Shown here piece after piece: positions 7,622 to 17,189 of a stretch of DNA of 30,773 nt. The stretch lies in IMG/VR virus record IMGVR_UViG_3300013120_000077, positions 1 to 30,773 of that record. One strand, written 5' to 3'. The translations under genes and the position numbers were made by a program. Source of the DNA: a virus (lineage: Duplodnaviria; Caudoviricetes). The notes under the pieces are model-generated. The model was not told the origin of the DNA and did not search any database. It was given only the letters and a program-made list of their open reading frames with translations. Within the stretch, counting starts at the first letter, position 1, and each line of letters begins with the position of its first letter.

Positions 7622-10206
7622 TAGCCCTCACCCCCCGTCGCAAGTGCGATGTCCCCTTGTGCGGACTGCACCTTATCCACGAAGTCGTCATAGCCGTAGA
7701 CATCACCGTAGATGTTGATGCCGCCCCCGCCACCCCCGCGCTTGCCGCCGCCCAGTGGCGTGATGTTGACATGCTCCGGCCCCTCTTCGCCGGCAAGGAA
7801 CATCGTCGGCTGATTCACCATACCCCGGAACCCATCGGCTGCCTTGACACCCTGCTTCGGGCCAGACCACGCGCCAGGGCCGAAGCTACTCAGCACGACC
7901 TTCCCACCCTTCATCGAAGCCGTGGGATCCCAGATCATCCTCAGAATCGCAAGGATAAGATACTGGAACGCGAGCCGGATGGCCCAAGAGATCATCTCCT
8001 TGAACGCTTGCGCCGCGTACTTCCCGATGTTCTTCACATCCAGCACCATATTCGCCAGCGCATTCGACACCGGCCTGAGCGCCGACTGCCACATCTGGAT
8101 CTTCTGCTCTACCACCGCAGAGTATTGCTCGAACGCGGAGGCGTCGTTCATGTCTTTCATTTCGTCGTTCAGGTCTTGAATGACCGCCAGCAGTTCGTAC
8201 ATCCGCAGGAGCAGCGCATCCATGTCCTCGGGTGCGAACCCTGGCACCATCATCATCTGCTTCACGGCGTCGAGTTGCTGCTGGTACACAGCCATCAGGT
8301 CTTCCGGCGCGCCGCCAAGCCCGTGCTTCGCCTCCGCGACCGCTCGCTGTTGGTCTAGCATCGCGGTCATACCCGCAAACCTCTCGTGCGCGGCCTTCGC
8401 CCCTTCCTTCTCGGTCTTCAGGAGGTCTTCGGCAATGCCTTGCTCTGTCCGCATCAGCTCAAGCCGTCCCTTGATCGACAGAATGTACTGGCGGTTCTCG
8501 TCGATGAGCTGTTGCACAAACCCGAGCGTGGCATGTTCATACCCCGCCACACCGCCCATGTTCAACTGCCACATTTCTAGTCCCACGTTGATAGCCGCAA
8601 GTGCATCGGTTTCCTTCCGCTCGAGAAGGTCTGAGGCCTCCGCTGCATCAGCGATCGCCTTAGCCAAAGCGACGGTTCCAGACGCGGTTATATGAAGGTC
8701 TTCTAGCAGGTCGGCAAGGACGCTCCTGAAATCGGCCAACCCTTCTCGCGCCCCAGGGGCCATTAGCCCGAACCGGCTCCAATACTTTTCGTTCTTCTCC
8801 ATTTCGTCCATGAGGTGAAGCAAGAGCAAGGTACTCTCCTCATCACCAAAGAAGTCCGCCGCACTCACCGCCAACCCCAGAACAGACTTGAGAGAGTCAA
8901 CCACTTGGGCTGCTGCACCGGGGTTGCCCACTGGGAGATCCTGCCGAAGTGTGTGTATAGCCTCACCAAGGGCCTCGATCTGCTTGGTGGCAAAATGCAG
9001 TTCTTGCCTCTCGAATATCTTTTCCTCGCGCTCGGAAAACTCCTTCATCATCTCAATGAAAGCCTCCCACCGCTCAAACTCCTGCTTCAGTGCGAGGGCC
9101 TTCATCTTCGCCTTTACCAGCCCGATAGCGATCAGACCCACGGCAGCCGCGATCCCGCCAGCAGCCAACGAGGCGGCGGTGAAGCTCACGATAAGTGTCT
9201 GTACCCATTGCACGGCAGTCATGAGGCTGGCGATAAGCGACCTACCAAGAAGGACTATTGCGATAACTCTCACGATCTCCATGATGACCTTGAGGGGGGT
9301 GGCAAGCCGGGGCAGTTCTTTGATGAACATAATCAAGCGACCCACCCATGAACCAATAGCGTCGCCGATGTCCCACAGTACCTCGCGCTGGTTGTCCACA
9401 ACGTTCCGCATCTCGCCATATAGCCCCGTGAGTGCAGCCTTGACTTGGATGAACATCGACAGGCCAACCTCGCGCTGCATCTCCACCCAGACATCATGGA
9501 TGTTGGTCTTGAGGCCGTAGAGAGTCTTCGCAAGCGTAGCCGCCTGCCCCTCAAACCGCTGGGTCACGATCATGAGAGCCTGCTCAAACCGTGCGGCCTT
9601 CGGTAGCTCCTGATTCACTTCAGCGAGCGCCTGCCGCCACGTTGCAAGGTCGATACCGCGAGCCTGGAGCAGTCTGTTCACGTGCGGCGACTGCGCGAGG
9701 ATCTTGCCCATCGCGGCGGCGTAGCCCTCAAGTTCACCGGAGGTCTTGTTCATACCGGCAGCCCAGTCGAGCAGGCGCGGCAGGAACTTCTGGATGTCCT
9801 TGCCATAGGCTGTGAGTAGGACGGACGCTTTCAGGATGGACTCGAAATCGAACGGCGCCTTCATGGCGGTAGCGCGGATGTAGTCGATCTTCCGCTGTGC
9901 TACACCAAGGCTGCCAACGAGGCGTGAGATGGACATAGTGGCACGTTCAAGGATCTCGTTGCCACGCAGGAGTTCCTTGAAGAACTTGACGAACTGGACG
10001 GTCACTGTCCGCATGATGAGAAACGACACAAGCGCACGGGCGACCTGCATGAAGCGGTGAGTAAAGCGCTGGAGCTGGCCGGTGGCCCTGTGGACCGTGC
10101 CACCGAACATCTTTGTGACCTTCTGGATCCGTGTGAGTTGCGCTGATGCGTCGTCCTGCACCCTCATAACGAGGGTCAGCATCTTGGTTACAGAGTCACC
10201 CGCCAC
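7621..10206 (-). CDS. Tape measure protein
   Basis: 861 aa, helical and Ala/Leu-rich with a hydrophobic segment. N-terminal tape-measure domain (KAPFDFESI) and C-terminal PTMFLAGEEGPE motif. Follows the chaperone. Confidence 0.92.
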   Translation of the reverse strand: MAGDSVTKMLTLVMRVQDDASAQLTRIQKVTKMFGGTVHRATGQLQRFTHRFMQVARALVSFLIMRTVTVQFVKFFKELLRGNEILERATMSISRLVGSLGVAQRKIDYIRATAMKAPFDFESILKASVLLTAYGKDIQKFLPRLLDWAAGMNKTSGELEGYAAAMGKILAQSPHVNRLLQARGIDLATWRQALAEVNQELPKAARFEQALMIVTQRFEGQAATLAKTLYGLKTNIHDVWVEMQREVGLSMFIQVKAALTGLYGEMRNVVDNQREVLWDIGDAIGSWVGRLIMFIKELPRLATPLKVIMEIVRVIAIVLLGRSLIASLMTAVQWVQTLIVSFTAASLAAGGIAAAVGLIAIGLVKAKMKALALKQEFERWEAFIEMMKEFSEREEKIFERQELHFATKQIEALGEAIHTLRQDLPVGNPGAAAQVVDSLKSVLGLAVSAADFFGDEESTLLLLHLMDEMEKNEKYWSRFGLMAPGAREGLADFRSVLADLLEDLHITASGTVALAKAIADAAEASDLLERKETDALAAINVGLEMWQLNMGGVAGYEHATLGFVQQLIDENRQYILSIKGRLELMRTEQGIAEDLLKTEKEGAKAAHERFAGMTAMLDQQRAVAEAKHGLGGAPEDLMAVYQQQLDAVKQMMMVPGFAPEDMDALLLRMYELLAVIQDLNDEMKDMNDASAFEQYSAVVEQKIQMWQSALRPVSNALANMVLDVKNIGKYAAQAFKEMISWAIRLAFQYLILAILRMIWDPTASMKGGKVVLSSFGPGAWSGPKQGVKAADGFRGMVNQPTMFLAGEEGPEHVNITPLGGGKRGGGGGGINIYGDVYGYDDFVDKVQSAQGDIALATGGEG

Positions 10207-10221
10207 ACCCGCTCACCACCT

Positions 10222-11081
10222 TCACTTCTCAGCCTTCTTCTTATCCATCATATCCTTCGCAAACGCCGCACGCTCGGACATAATAATGGCCGCTACTTGG
10301 AAGAAGAGCGCGGAGTTCTCGATCCCGTCTGAGGGGTACGGGAACGATGTTATCCCATGTTCACCGAGAAAGATGCCGACGGTCGAAAGGAGGTAGACCG
10401 TCTCGTCGGTGATGAAACTCATGGGGCAGATTCCGAACACTTGACGGAGGTTCTTCTCAAGGTCGAAATCCTTACCGCGCTCTTCAGCTTCTTCCTGCCC
10501 CTCGGTCAGCTCTGCGTAGATGTCGGCTACGGTATCGAACTCAGCCCCGTGCCGTGCTGTGATACCAAGGGCGTCAGGGTCGCGCTCCCAAAGACACGCA
10601 CGTCCAGGCGCGTCTACTCGGTTGTGCTTTCTGCATCGCTTGCAGCTTCCCCACTGTTGCTTGAACTTGGCGTCGGAGTCTCGTCGTGAGAAGAACCAGA
10701 CTCCGATCCTGAGTTTTTTTCCTCATCCTCGTCGAGTGAGGAAATCCCCTGAAGCTCCGCCATGAGTTCTGTACCCACGCCACTTGGCAGGCATTCGTAG
10801 AGTTCGTCGAGTGCCTTGCGCTCGTCAACAAGCGGGATGTACTCGCCCTTGTCGGGATCGTAGGCGTCCTTCACCCACTTCACGCACTTCTGCCAGAGCT
10901 TGCGCTGCATCAGCTCCGTCTGCATCTGCTCCCAGCCCTTCTTCTTTCTGGTGCCGAGAGATGCGGTGAGGTGATCCATCTGTGGCTTCGAGATCTTGAC
11001 GATCCCGAAGACCACCGGACGATCCTCGCCATCCTCAGATGGTGGGGTGAACTCCTGGACTTCCTTGGATATGAGCTTCAC
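10222..11081 (-). CDS. Tail assembly chaperone, -1 frameshift-extended form (G-T type)
   Basis: The -1 frame after A AAA AAC (10719-10713) is open (LRIGVWFFSRR...CKRC...C...VFGICP...) to the stop at 10222. Confidence 0.8.
10614..11081 (-). CDS. Tail assembly chaperone (short form)
   Basis: Lies between tail tube and tape measure; EEKN at the slippery site. Confidence 0.85.
   Translation of the reverse strand: MKLISKEVQEFTPPSEDGEDRPVVFGIVKISKPQMDHLTASLGTRKKKGWEQMQTELMQRKLWQKCVKWVKDAYDPDKGEYIPLVDERKALDELYECLPSGVGTELMAELQGISSLDEDEEKNSGSESGSSHDETPTPSSSNSGEAASDAESTTE
10713..10722 (-). promoter_or_regulatory. Programmed -1 ribosomal frameshift site G GAA AAA AAC
   Basis: An X XXY YYZ heptamer in the canonical position, with an open -1 frame downstream. 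Confidence 0.8.
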
Positions 11082-11093
11082 TTGCGTACCCTC

Positions 11094-12191
11094 CTACGCA
11101 TCAGGGAAGAATGTCGTGCCACCGAGATTGGCACCTGTCGTAACCACCTCGATCTCCAGCGGCGAGCGAGTCGGATTGTCCGTGTCTGCAAACGCCTTGA
11201 ACGGGATCGTGTGCGAGATAACAGACTCGCCATCGCTCACGTTCAGGGTCGGCTCGTTGTACTTTACGAGTTGCAGATCGAACTTGATGTAGTCCGCCTC
11301 GGCGTTGTTCATGCCCCACAGCTCGATAGAAACATCTTCCTCTGACAGGAAGTGCTGCATGAAGCGGTGGTGGTCATACTCGGTCTCGAACTCGCCTGTG
11401 ACTTCCTGCCGTCCGAAGATAAACTTCGACGGGTTCTGCTTGCCGATAACACTGCGAGGATTGAGGTTGTTGTTGATCGTCAGCTTGCAGCTCGTGACAT
11501 CGTAGTCCGCCGTCCCGACGTGTATCGTCCCATGATAATATTGGAACGCATCGAGCGCCGAGTACCTGCTGGAGTTGCCACCCGGATCCTCGCTTGACAC
11601 GAAGTCCGTCAGCGCAAATGAGCCGGCTACGATTGTTGGGGTGAAGGTAATCTCCTCACCCGCCGCGAAGTTGACCTCTAGTTGACTCACAACACAATCG
11701 CACCACCGGCGTCCGTTGTCCCCCGTGATGTTCTCACCGAGCTTCTGTTCGATAGTCAGTGCGAGGACATCGTTGGTGGTGTCGCCGTAAGTACCCGTAC
11801 CCGCGTTGGCACTGGGGGTGAATGGTGCTCCACCCGTGACGTTCGCGCCGCTCCAGTCAGGCTGACCCGCGAGGGGGTTGAAGACAAACGTGCCATCCAC
11901 CGTTGAGCGGTAGACCTGCATCACCGAGCAGAGAAGGCCAAGGCAATCGTCACTCCTTGGTTGGAACGTGAACTGCCCGCCCGGTGTACGGCCCTGGAAC
12001 GATCTCGCCTGTTTGACTACACTGCGACCATGCACAATCTTGGCCGTATTCTCTTTGATCTCCTGCCCGATCCCCATTGACTCGCTGTCGAGATACAGGA
12101 CATAGGCGTCTGTGAAACCATAGTTACCCCAGCCGCCCGTCTGTGCCCGCACTCGAAACCAGGATTCCCAGCCTACTGCCACTTCGATCAC
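11094..12191 (-). CDS. Major tail tube protein
   Basis: VSQLEVNFAAGE, LTINNNL and GRQEVTGEFE patterns of phage tail tube proteins. Confidence 0.88.
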   Translation of the reverse strand: MIEVAVGWESWFRVRAQTGGWGNYGFTDAYVLYLDSESMGIGQEIKENTAKIVHGRSVVKQARSFQGRTPGGQFTFQPRSDDCLGLLCSVMQVYRSTVDGTFVFNPLAGQPDWSGANVTGGAPFTPSANAGTGTYGDTTNDVLALTIEQKLGENITGDNGRRWCDCVVSQLEVNFAAGEEITFTPTIVAGSFALTDFVSSEDPGGNSSRYSALDAFQYYHGTIHVGTADYDVTSCKLTINNNLNPRSVIGKQNPSKFIFGRQEVTGEFETEYDHHRFMQHFLSEEDVSIELWGMNNAEADYIKFDLQLVKYNEPTLNVSDGESVISHTIPFKAFADTDNPTRSPLEIEVVTTGANLGGTTFFPDA

Positions 12192-12196
12192 TCTCC

Positions 12197-12670
12197 TTAG
12201 GTTAGGGTGTCCTTCGTCTTCGCCTCATAGACGAGGGTAGCCGATCCCGCGATGACCTGTCCATCTGTCGCGGTAAGGATCTCCCCGCCCTGTACGGGCG
12301 TAGTAGCCGTCCTCAGCACCCCGCCAAGGTTCGACTGTATGAGCGTCGCAATCACGTCGCCCATAAATGCGTTCAGTCCCTTGTTGCCCTTGTACCCCCC
12401 TGCCAGTTCACCCTGAACCGCACCGGCGAACTTCAGCCAGAGGACGATATTGTATTGGAACGTCTGCTCGACCCACCCTCCTATCCGGTTCTCCGGTAGT
12501 GGTGGCTCTTTGAGCGAGACCGTGATGGCGTACATCTTGTACGGTCCAGGCGCATCGCTCCACTTGAACCGCTCCACGATGTCCTCGTCGGTAACGTAGG
12601 ACAGTAGTGCCGCGTCTTGCAGTTCCGACAAGAGCGCGCCCGTTACTGTGTCTGGCGATGTAAGTGCCAT
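12197..12670 (-). CDS. Tail terminator/completion protein
   Basis: 157 aa, directly upstream of the tail tube gene. Confidence 0.65.
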   Translation of the reverse strand: MALTSPDTVTGALLSELQDAALLSYVTDEDIVERFKWSDAPGPYKMYAITVSLKEPPLPENRIGGWVEQTFQYNIVLWLKFAGAVQGELAGGYKGNKGLNAFMGDVIATLIQSNLGGVLRTATTPVQGGEILTATDGQVIAGSATLVYEAKTKDTLT

Positions 12671-12679
12671 GTGATCTCC

Positions 12680-13201
12680 CTACTCTACCTTGATCCCAGC
12701 CGAACCCAACCACCAACGCCAGGCCGCCTTCACAGCGAGCTTGATAAAGCCCTTTGTGACGTACAGAACCTCACGGGGTTCAATCGTCTTGCCCGGTATC
12801 ATGCCCGACGTGCGGGGCACGCCGCCGGCTACACGGTACGGGTAGTCGTTCTTATACTTGCCGAACGGCCAGCCGATCTCAACCTCGCGCTTCGTGTGTT
12901 TCAGTGTCACTATCCCACTAAGGGCGTCGCCGGTCTCGTTCCACGGCGGATTGTTCTTGGGGTGGCCGCGCATCTCACGGATACGCTTCGTCACATCATG
13001 GACCTTCTCAAACCGCTTCTGCCCGCCACGCCCAGCGTACTCCCGCGAGTAGCCCTTGTTCTGGATGCGGGAGTTGACATGCTTGTGTCCCATCCATCCG
13101 AGCTCGTCTATGAGGGGCGAGGGATCCTTGAGTGCACGTTCCAGTGCCGTGAGCATAGGTGTGATCTCATCCTGTGTTATTTGCATAGTGAACTTAGCCA
13201 C
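12680..13201 (-). CDS. Neck/tail-completion protein (Mu gpG / HK97 gp10-like)
   Basis: Basic protein with LKDPSPLIDELG, ETGDALSGI, VEIG and IEPREVL patterns, in the expected position. Confidence 0.65.
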   Translation of the reverse strand: MAKFTMQITQDEITPMLTALERALKDPSPLIDELGWMGHKHVNSRIQNKGYSREYAGRGGQKRFEKVHDVTKRIREMRGHPKNNPPWNETGDALSGIVTLKHTKREVEIGWPFGKYKNDYPYRVAGGVPRTSGMIPGKTIEPREVLYVTKGFIKLAVKAAWRWWLGSAGIKVE

Positions 13202-14285
13202 GTCGCATCCTTGGTGATCGTGCCGCGTTCGGCTGACCCGCGATGGTCTTCCTCAGCGGTACACAGGTAAAAACCCAGATGTCGTCAGCGTAGACTTGGT
13301 TCGTAAGCCCACCCACCCGCTCAAATCGGACATGCACCCCGTCCTCGAGAAGCATCCACCCGGTGTCGCACGAGATGCCCGTGTAGGACCAGTTGACCCC
13401 GTTGTCGCTCGACCACTTGAAGGTCGAGTCGTCAAGGTCTCTTGTGGCACCTTCAGAGTCGATCTTCACAACATAGGTCTTCTCGTAGTCCGCGCCGGAA
13501 TAGAGACTCACGTAGCCGTAGCGGTCAGAGTGGAAGAGTCCCGCACCCTGGTTGTTCGTACCCGCGACCGCAGGCCCGATACCCGATTCAACTTTGTTTG
13601 TCTGCTCCTCGAATACGAGGTTACGGCTGCCGATGGCATCGAGTAGTCCCTCACCAGCGGCCCGGAAGTCGGTGATCCAGTCCGGCATCTCAAAGTGTTC
13701 GCCCCGGTGTCGGTTCTGCGCGAGGTAGTAGTTGGCGAAGTAGGCGTTGCACGCTATCAGGAACTCGTCATAGACACCGGCGGAGTTCGTTGCCACAGGT
13801 ACGGACACGTCCGGCAGGAGCGCCTGAAGACGCGAATTGATGAAGTTGAAGCCCTGCTCAATAATCCCGTTCCCTTCGTCGTCTGTATCGTAGTAGTTCG
13901 CCGCGCCGGAGAGCCCGTACTGCTCGAGATCCGAAAGGGTACAGTAGCCCGCCGACGGTGCGATTGCGATATTGGCAATCTGCTCGATGAACGGGAACGG
14001 CGAGATTGTGCCGCCACTCGATCCGAGACAGTACCAACGCGCCGATAGCGCCCCTGTGCCACACGTTCCCCCAAGGGGGTGTTGCTGGACCTCATACGCA
14101 CCCACTGTGCCTGAGACGTTGGCTATGGCTGGTGTAGATGAGCCTGAGAGTGTGCCCTGCACCGCACCCTGCCCATCCATGAGGACCACGAAGCTCTGAT
14201 CGAGGCCGATGTAGGCGAGCACGCCCGCGTCGTCCTTGTACTGCATGTCGAAGGATACCGATCCACTCGGATAGAGCGTCTGCAC
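13194..14285 (-). CDS. Head-tail adaptor (Mu gp36/DUF1320-like core) with extra N- and C-terminal beta domains
   Basis: Central YCTLSDL...FINSRL..VPV...ACNAYFANYYL...LLDAIGS segment; 363 aa overall. Confidence 0.65.
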   Translation of the reverse strand: MQTLYPSGSVSFDMQYKDDAGVLAYIGLDQSFVVLMDGQGAVQGTLSGSSTPAIANVSGTVGAYEVQQHPLGGTCGTGALSARWYCLGSSGGTISPFPFIEQIANIAIAPSAGYCTLSDLEQYGLSGAANYYDTDDEGNGIIEQGFNFINSRLQALLPDVSVPVATNSAGVYDEFLIACNAYFANYYLAQNRHRGEHFEMPDWITDFRAAGEGLLDAIGSRNLVFEEQTNKVESGIGPAVAGTNNQGAGLFHSDRYGYVSLYSGADYEKTYVVKIDSEGATRDLDDSTFKWSSDNGVNWSYTGISCDTGWMLLEDGVHVRFERVGGLTNQVYADDIWVFTCVPLRKTIAGQPNAARSPRMRRG

Positions 14286-15328
14286 TACTCTCGACCCCCA
14301 ATCATACCAACATTCCGTCTCTCGATATGCCCGCCCCCGCCGCCAAGGTCAATCGTCTGCGTGTGGATAATCTCAAACCCGAAGACTTCTGGTGCAAGAC
14401 GCATATCGCGGTAGTTGTCCATGCCGGTTCCGGCTCCATTGTCCACACGCACAAGCAACTTCGCGTCTGCAACCGGCGATATGCCAGAGACATCCCCGTT
14501 GTCCGGTAGATCTGTCCATGCGCCTGCGCCGTACTTGTACTGGTACGCGATGTCACAGAACTGCTCCACACCGCTGCCAATGCCATGTGGATTATCGCGG
14601 GGCACAACCCGTAGGATGTCCACCGTGTCCGTCGGCGTCACCCACCCTGAGGCCGTCTTGAGTTCTGCGGCGCCGATAGCATGCGTCGAGACAATGGGCC
14701 AACTCTGGCCGTCCACACCTGCGCCACAGAGTAGCTGTGTGCCGTTACAGTTACTACCATGGATCTTCAGATAACTAACGTCGAGCGCCGTCATTGACCG
14801 CGCTTTCCAATGGACCTCGCCGCCAAGTACAACATTCCACGTCGTACCGTAGCATTGAGTCTGGTAGTCGTAGAATGCCCCCTCTGTCAGTTGCAGCCCC
14901 GTATCGGCAACGCGCCGGAGGTCGCTAACATCTACGAGCCACTCGCGGTAGCTACTCGCACCCTTCCACCCATTCTGGACAGCCCAACTGCCGCCATCAA
15001 CGGCAACCTCGTTGCGACTCACAACAAACCACGTTCCTAGGGCGGGTGCGATGCCGGGCCATGAAAAGGAGAGGTTCACTTGGAAGTTGCCCAACTCTCG
15101 CGGCGCGCCCCCTAGACTATGGATGTAGGTTGTGCCCACCTCGAGAATCGCATGGTCGTTCCCGTTGTTCGAGAACGGCGGAGTCTCACCCCAGTTGGCC
15201 GCGTTCCAATAGGCGTTGTGCCATGGTTGGGTCATGGTGAGCGAACCGCCGCCCGCCTCTGCCTCACCCGTGAGCGTCCAGTCGGAAGGTGTCGAGAAAT
15301 CCACGAATGTCGCGTAGGTCGCAATCAC
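14285..15328 (-). CDS. Putative virion structural protein (beta-rich)
   Basis: 347 aa, Gly/Thr/Trp-rich, tightly packed within the morphogenesis operon. Confidence 0.6.
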   Translation of the reverse strand: MIATYATFVDFSTPSDWTLTGEAEAGGGSLTMTQPWHNAYWNAANWGETPPFSNNGNDHAILEVGTTYIHSLGGAPRELGNFQVNLSFSWPGIAPALGTWFVVSRNEVAVDGGSWAVQNGWKGASSYREWLVDVSDLRRVADTGLQLTEGAFYDYQTQCYGTTWNVVLGGEVHWKARSMTALDVSYLKIHGSNCNGTQLLCGAGVDGQSWPIVSTHAIGAAELKTASGWVTPTDTVDILRVVPRDNPHGIGSGVEQFCDIAYQYKYGAGAWTDLPDNGDVSGISPVADAKLLVRVDNGAGTGMDNYRDMRLAPEVFGFEIIHTQTIDLGGGGGHIERRNVGMIGGRE

Positions 15329-16036
15329 CTAGTCGTACACCTCCATTGCGAGATTCTTGAAGGTCGGTCCGGTCCACTTCTCCATGAACGCCTGTTGGTC
15401 CTGCCCCGCTAGCCACTTCTTCGAGTCCGGAGGGTTGGATGAGAAACTGAGCGTGTGCCGCACTCGGGAGTCAGGTACGTACCAGATGTCCCAGCCGGCG
15501 AGTCGCGCTCTGAACGAGATGTCCGCATCAGACGAGAGCATCAACATGTTCTCGTCGAGCAGCCCTATCTCCCGGAGCATGTCAAGCCTCAGCATCATCG
15601 CGGCCCCGTTTGCCCAACCCATCTGCTTCGGTTCCAAGTGATCGCCTTCGGAGATGTGCCCTGTGTAGTGAACGCCCGGCATCACAGGGCCGCTGCCGCC
15701 GAAGGTTATCATGTCCCCATCGTCCGGGTGGATCTGCATGCTTGCCGCGATCCCACACTTGGGGTGTTCATCCATCCACTTCGTCAGGGCCTCAATAGCG
15801 CCAGGGAGCGGGACCGCGTCTTGGTTCAGCACCCAGACATAAGGAGAGTCGGTCAGTGTTCCACACTCAAGAAGGACTTCCCGCAATCCCCGGTTGACGG
15901 TCTTGGTGAAACCATCCCCAGTCTCATCCACGACGCTACGTAGCAGCACGTCCTGTTCCTTGAGGGCGGCTACAACCTCTTCGTAGACCTCACACTCACC
16001 GTACCTAGGAATCACTACCGGGACTTGCATCGCCAT
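15329..16036 (-). CDS. GT2-family glycosyltransferase
   Basis: GFTKTVNRG, VLNQD, GAAMMLR, IGLLDE, SDADISFRARLAGW and VRH motifs. Start may be ATG 16030. Confidence 0.92.
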   Translation of the reverse strand: MAMQVPVVIPRYGECEVYEEVVAALKEQDVLLRSVVDETGDGFTKTVNRGLREVLLECGTLTDSPYVWVLNQDAVPLPGAIEALTKWMDEHPKCGIAASMQIHPDDGDMITFGGSGPVMPGVHYTGHISEGDHLEPKQMGWANGAAMMLRLDMLREIGLLDENMLMLSSDADISFRARLAGWDIWYVPDSRVRHTLSFSSNPPDSKKWLAGQDQQAFMEKWTGPTFKNLAMEVYD

Positions 16037-17189
16037 CCTCCACCGGCCTCATGGCCGTGATTGCGTGTTCCTTGCCATGCCCGCGCTGCACCTTGACATC
16101 CATGAATCCTGCTATCTTGACGGCGCCCAACAGGAACTCCGGCGTGTAGCCACCATAAAGGGGCCGCTCCGCCGTCCCTATCAGTGCCACAATGAGTCCA
16201 TCGGGGCCATAACGCTCTTCGTCATTCGCCCGCTTGAACGCGAGCATCTTGGAGAGGATGTTGTCGAACTCGACCACCAACACCCCGCCCGGCGTGAGGA
16301 GATTGTAGAGACTCTGAAGAATCTCCTCCAATGAGGCTGGATCGTACTCGTCAAACACGCCGTCGCAGAGGATGCTCCCGTACTGCTCGTAGTCGCCCGA
16401 GAGCCAGTCCGTTGTGACATCAGAGGAGTCGTTGTCGAGCGCGTTGACCCAACCATCGCGGGGCTCATGCCCCCAGTAGAGCTTCTTGGCCGGGCGCTGT
16501 GAGTACCGTTGGAAGTGGTAGCAGAGCATATCGTTGCACCGTGCGGTGGTGTTGCCCGCCGCCGTCCACTGGCGGAAGAAATCGACATCGTTGTGGTGCG
16601 GGAACGGCCTCGCCGTGTTGTAGCCGCCGAGTGCGAGGAAATCCTTGGCGAAGAACATTGCGGGCATGTACCAACCACGGGTGTCAAACGTGACCTCCGG
16701 CTTGCGGTGCTTCTGCGCCATCTCACGGAACTCAGACTCCTTGAAGTGCGAGGGATCCATGCCAAAGTTGTAAGCGATATTCAGCTCCGAAACACTGACG
16801 AAACCGGGTTCAACCACAACGCCCGTCATGATGATCCCTTCTTCCAACTTCTTCCGTGCGACGGTGTCCCAGTCGGGCGCGAAGACCATATCGTCGTTGA
16901 CAAGGCACACCACGTCTCCCGTGGCCCTCTCGACACCGTAGTTGTAGCTCCCGTACACGTCGAGCTGCCCTCGCGGGTTGTAGACCGACACCACCACAGG
17001 GTTCTCGGTAGTCGGGCTCCCGTGCTTCTGTTGGTAGGCCCACTTCTTCACATCGTTGGTCGCGTTGCACAACACCAGTACGATCTCAAGCGAGCCGACC
17101 GTTGTAGCCTTCAGGGTCGCAACGCAGAGCTTGAGTGCATCGAGCGCTAGACCAGTGACCACGACTACAGAGACATCAGGCTTCCACAT
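16005..17189 (-). CDS. GT2-family glycosyltransferase fused to a degenerate class I methyltransferase-like domain
   Basis: N-terminal VSVVVV, NYGVERATGDVVCLVNDDM, LGGYN, NDVDF and YHF. C-terminal GWVN...LYNLLTPGGVL...LLGAVKIAGF. Confidence 0.85.
   Translation of the reverse strand: MWKPDVSVVVVTGLALDALKLCVATLKATTVGSLEIVLVLCNATNDVKKWAYQQKHGSPTTENPVVVSVYNPRGQLDVYGSYNYGVERATGDVVCLVNDDMVFAPDWDTVARKKLEEGIIMTGVVVEPGFVSVSELNIAYNFGMDPSHFKESEFREMAQKHRKPEVTFDTRGWYMPAMFFAKDFLALGGYNTARPFPHHNDVDFFRQWTAAGNTTARCNDMLCYHFQRYSQRPAKKLYWGHEPRDGWVNALDNDSSDVTTDWLSGDYEQYGSILCDGVFDEYDPASLEEILQSLYNLLTPGGVLVVEFDNILSKMLAFKRANDEERYGPDGLIVALIGTAERPLYGGYTPEFLLGAVKIAGFMDVKVQRGHGKEHAITAMRPVEDGDASPGSDS

Noticed and set aside
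10574-10831. ORF as the frameshift partner of the tail chaperone
   Set aside because: This is the +1 frame and stops at 10574. The -1 frame is the one that reaches 10222.
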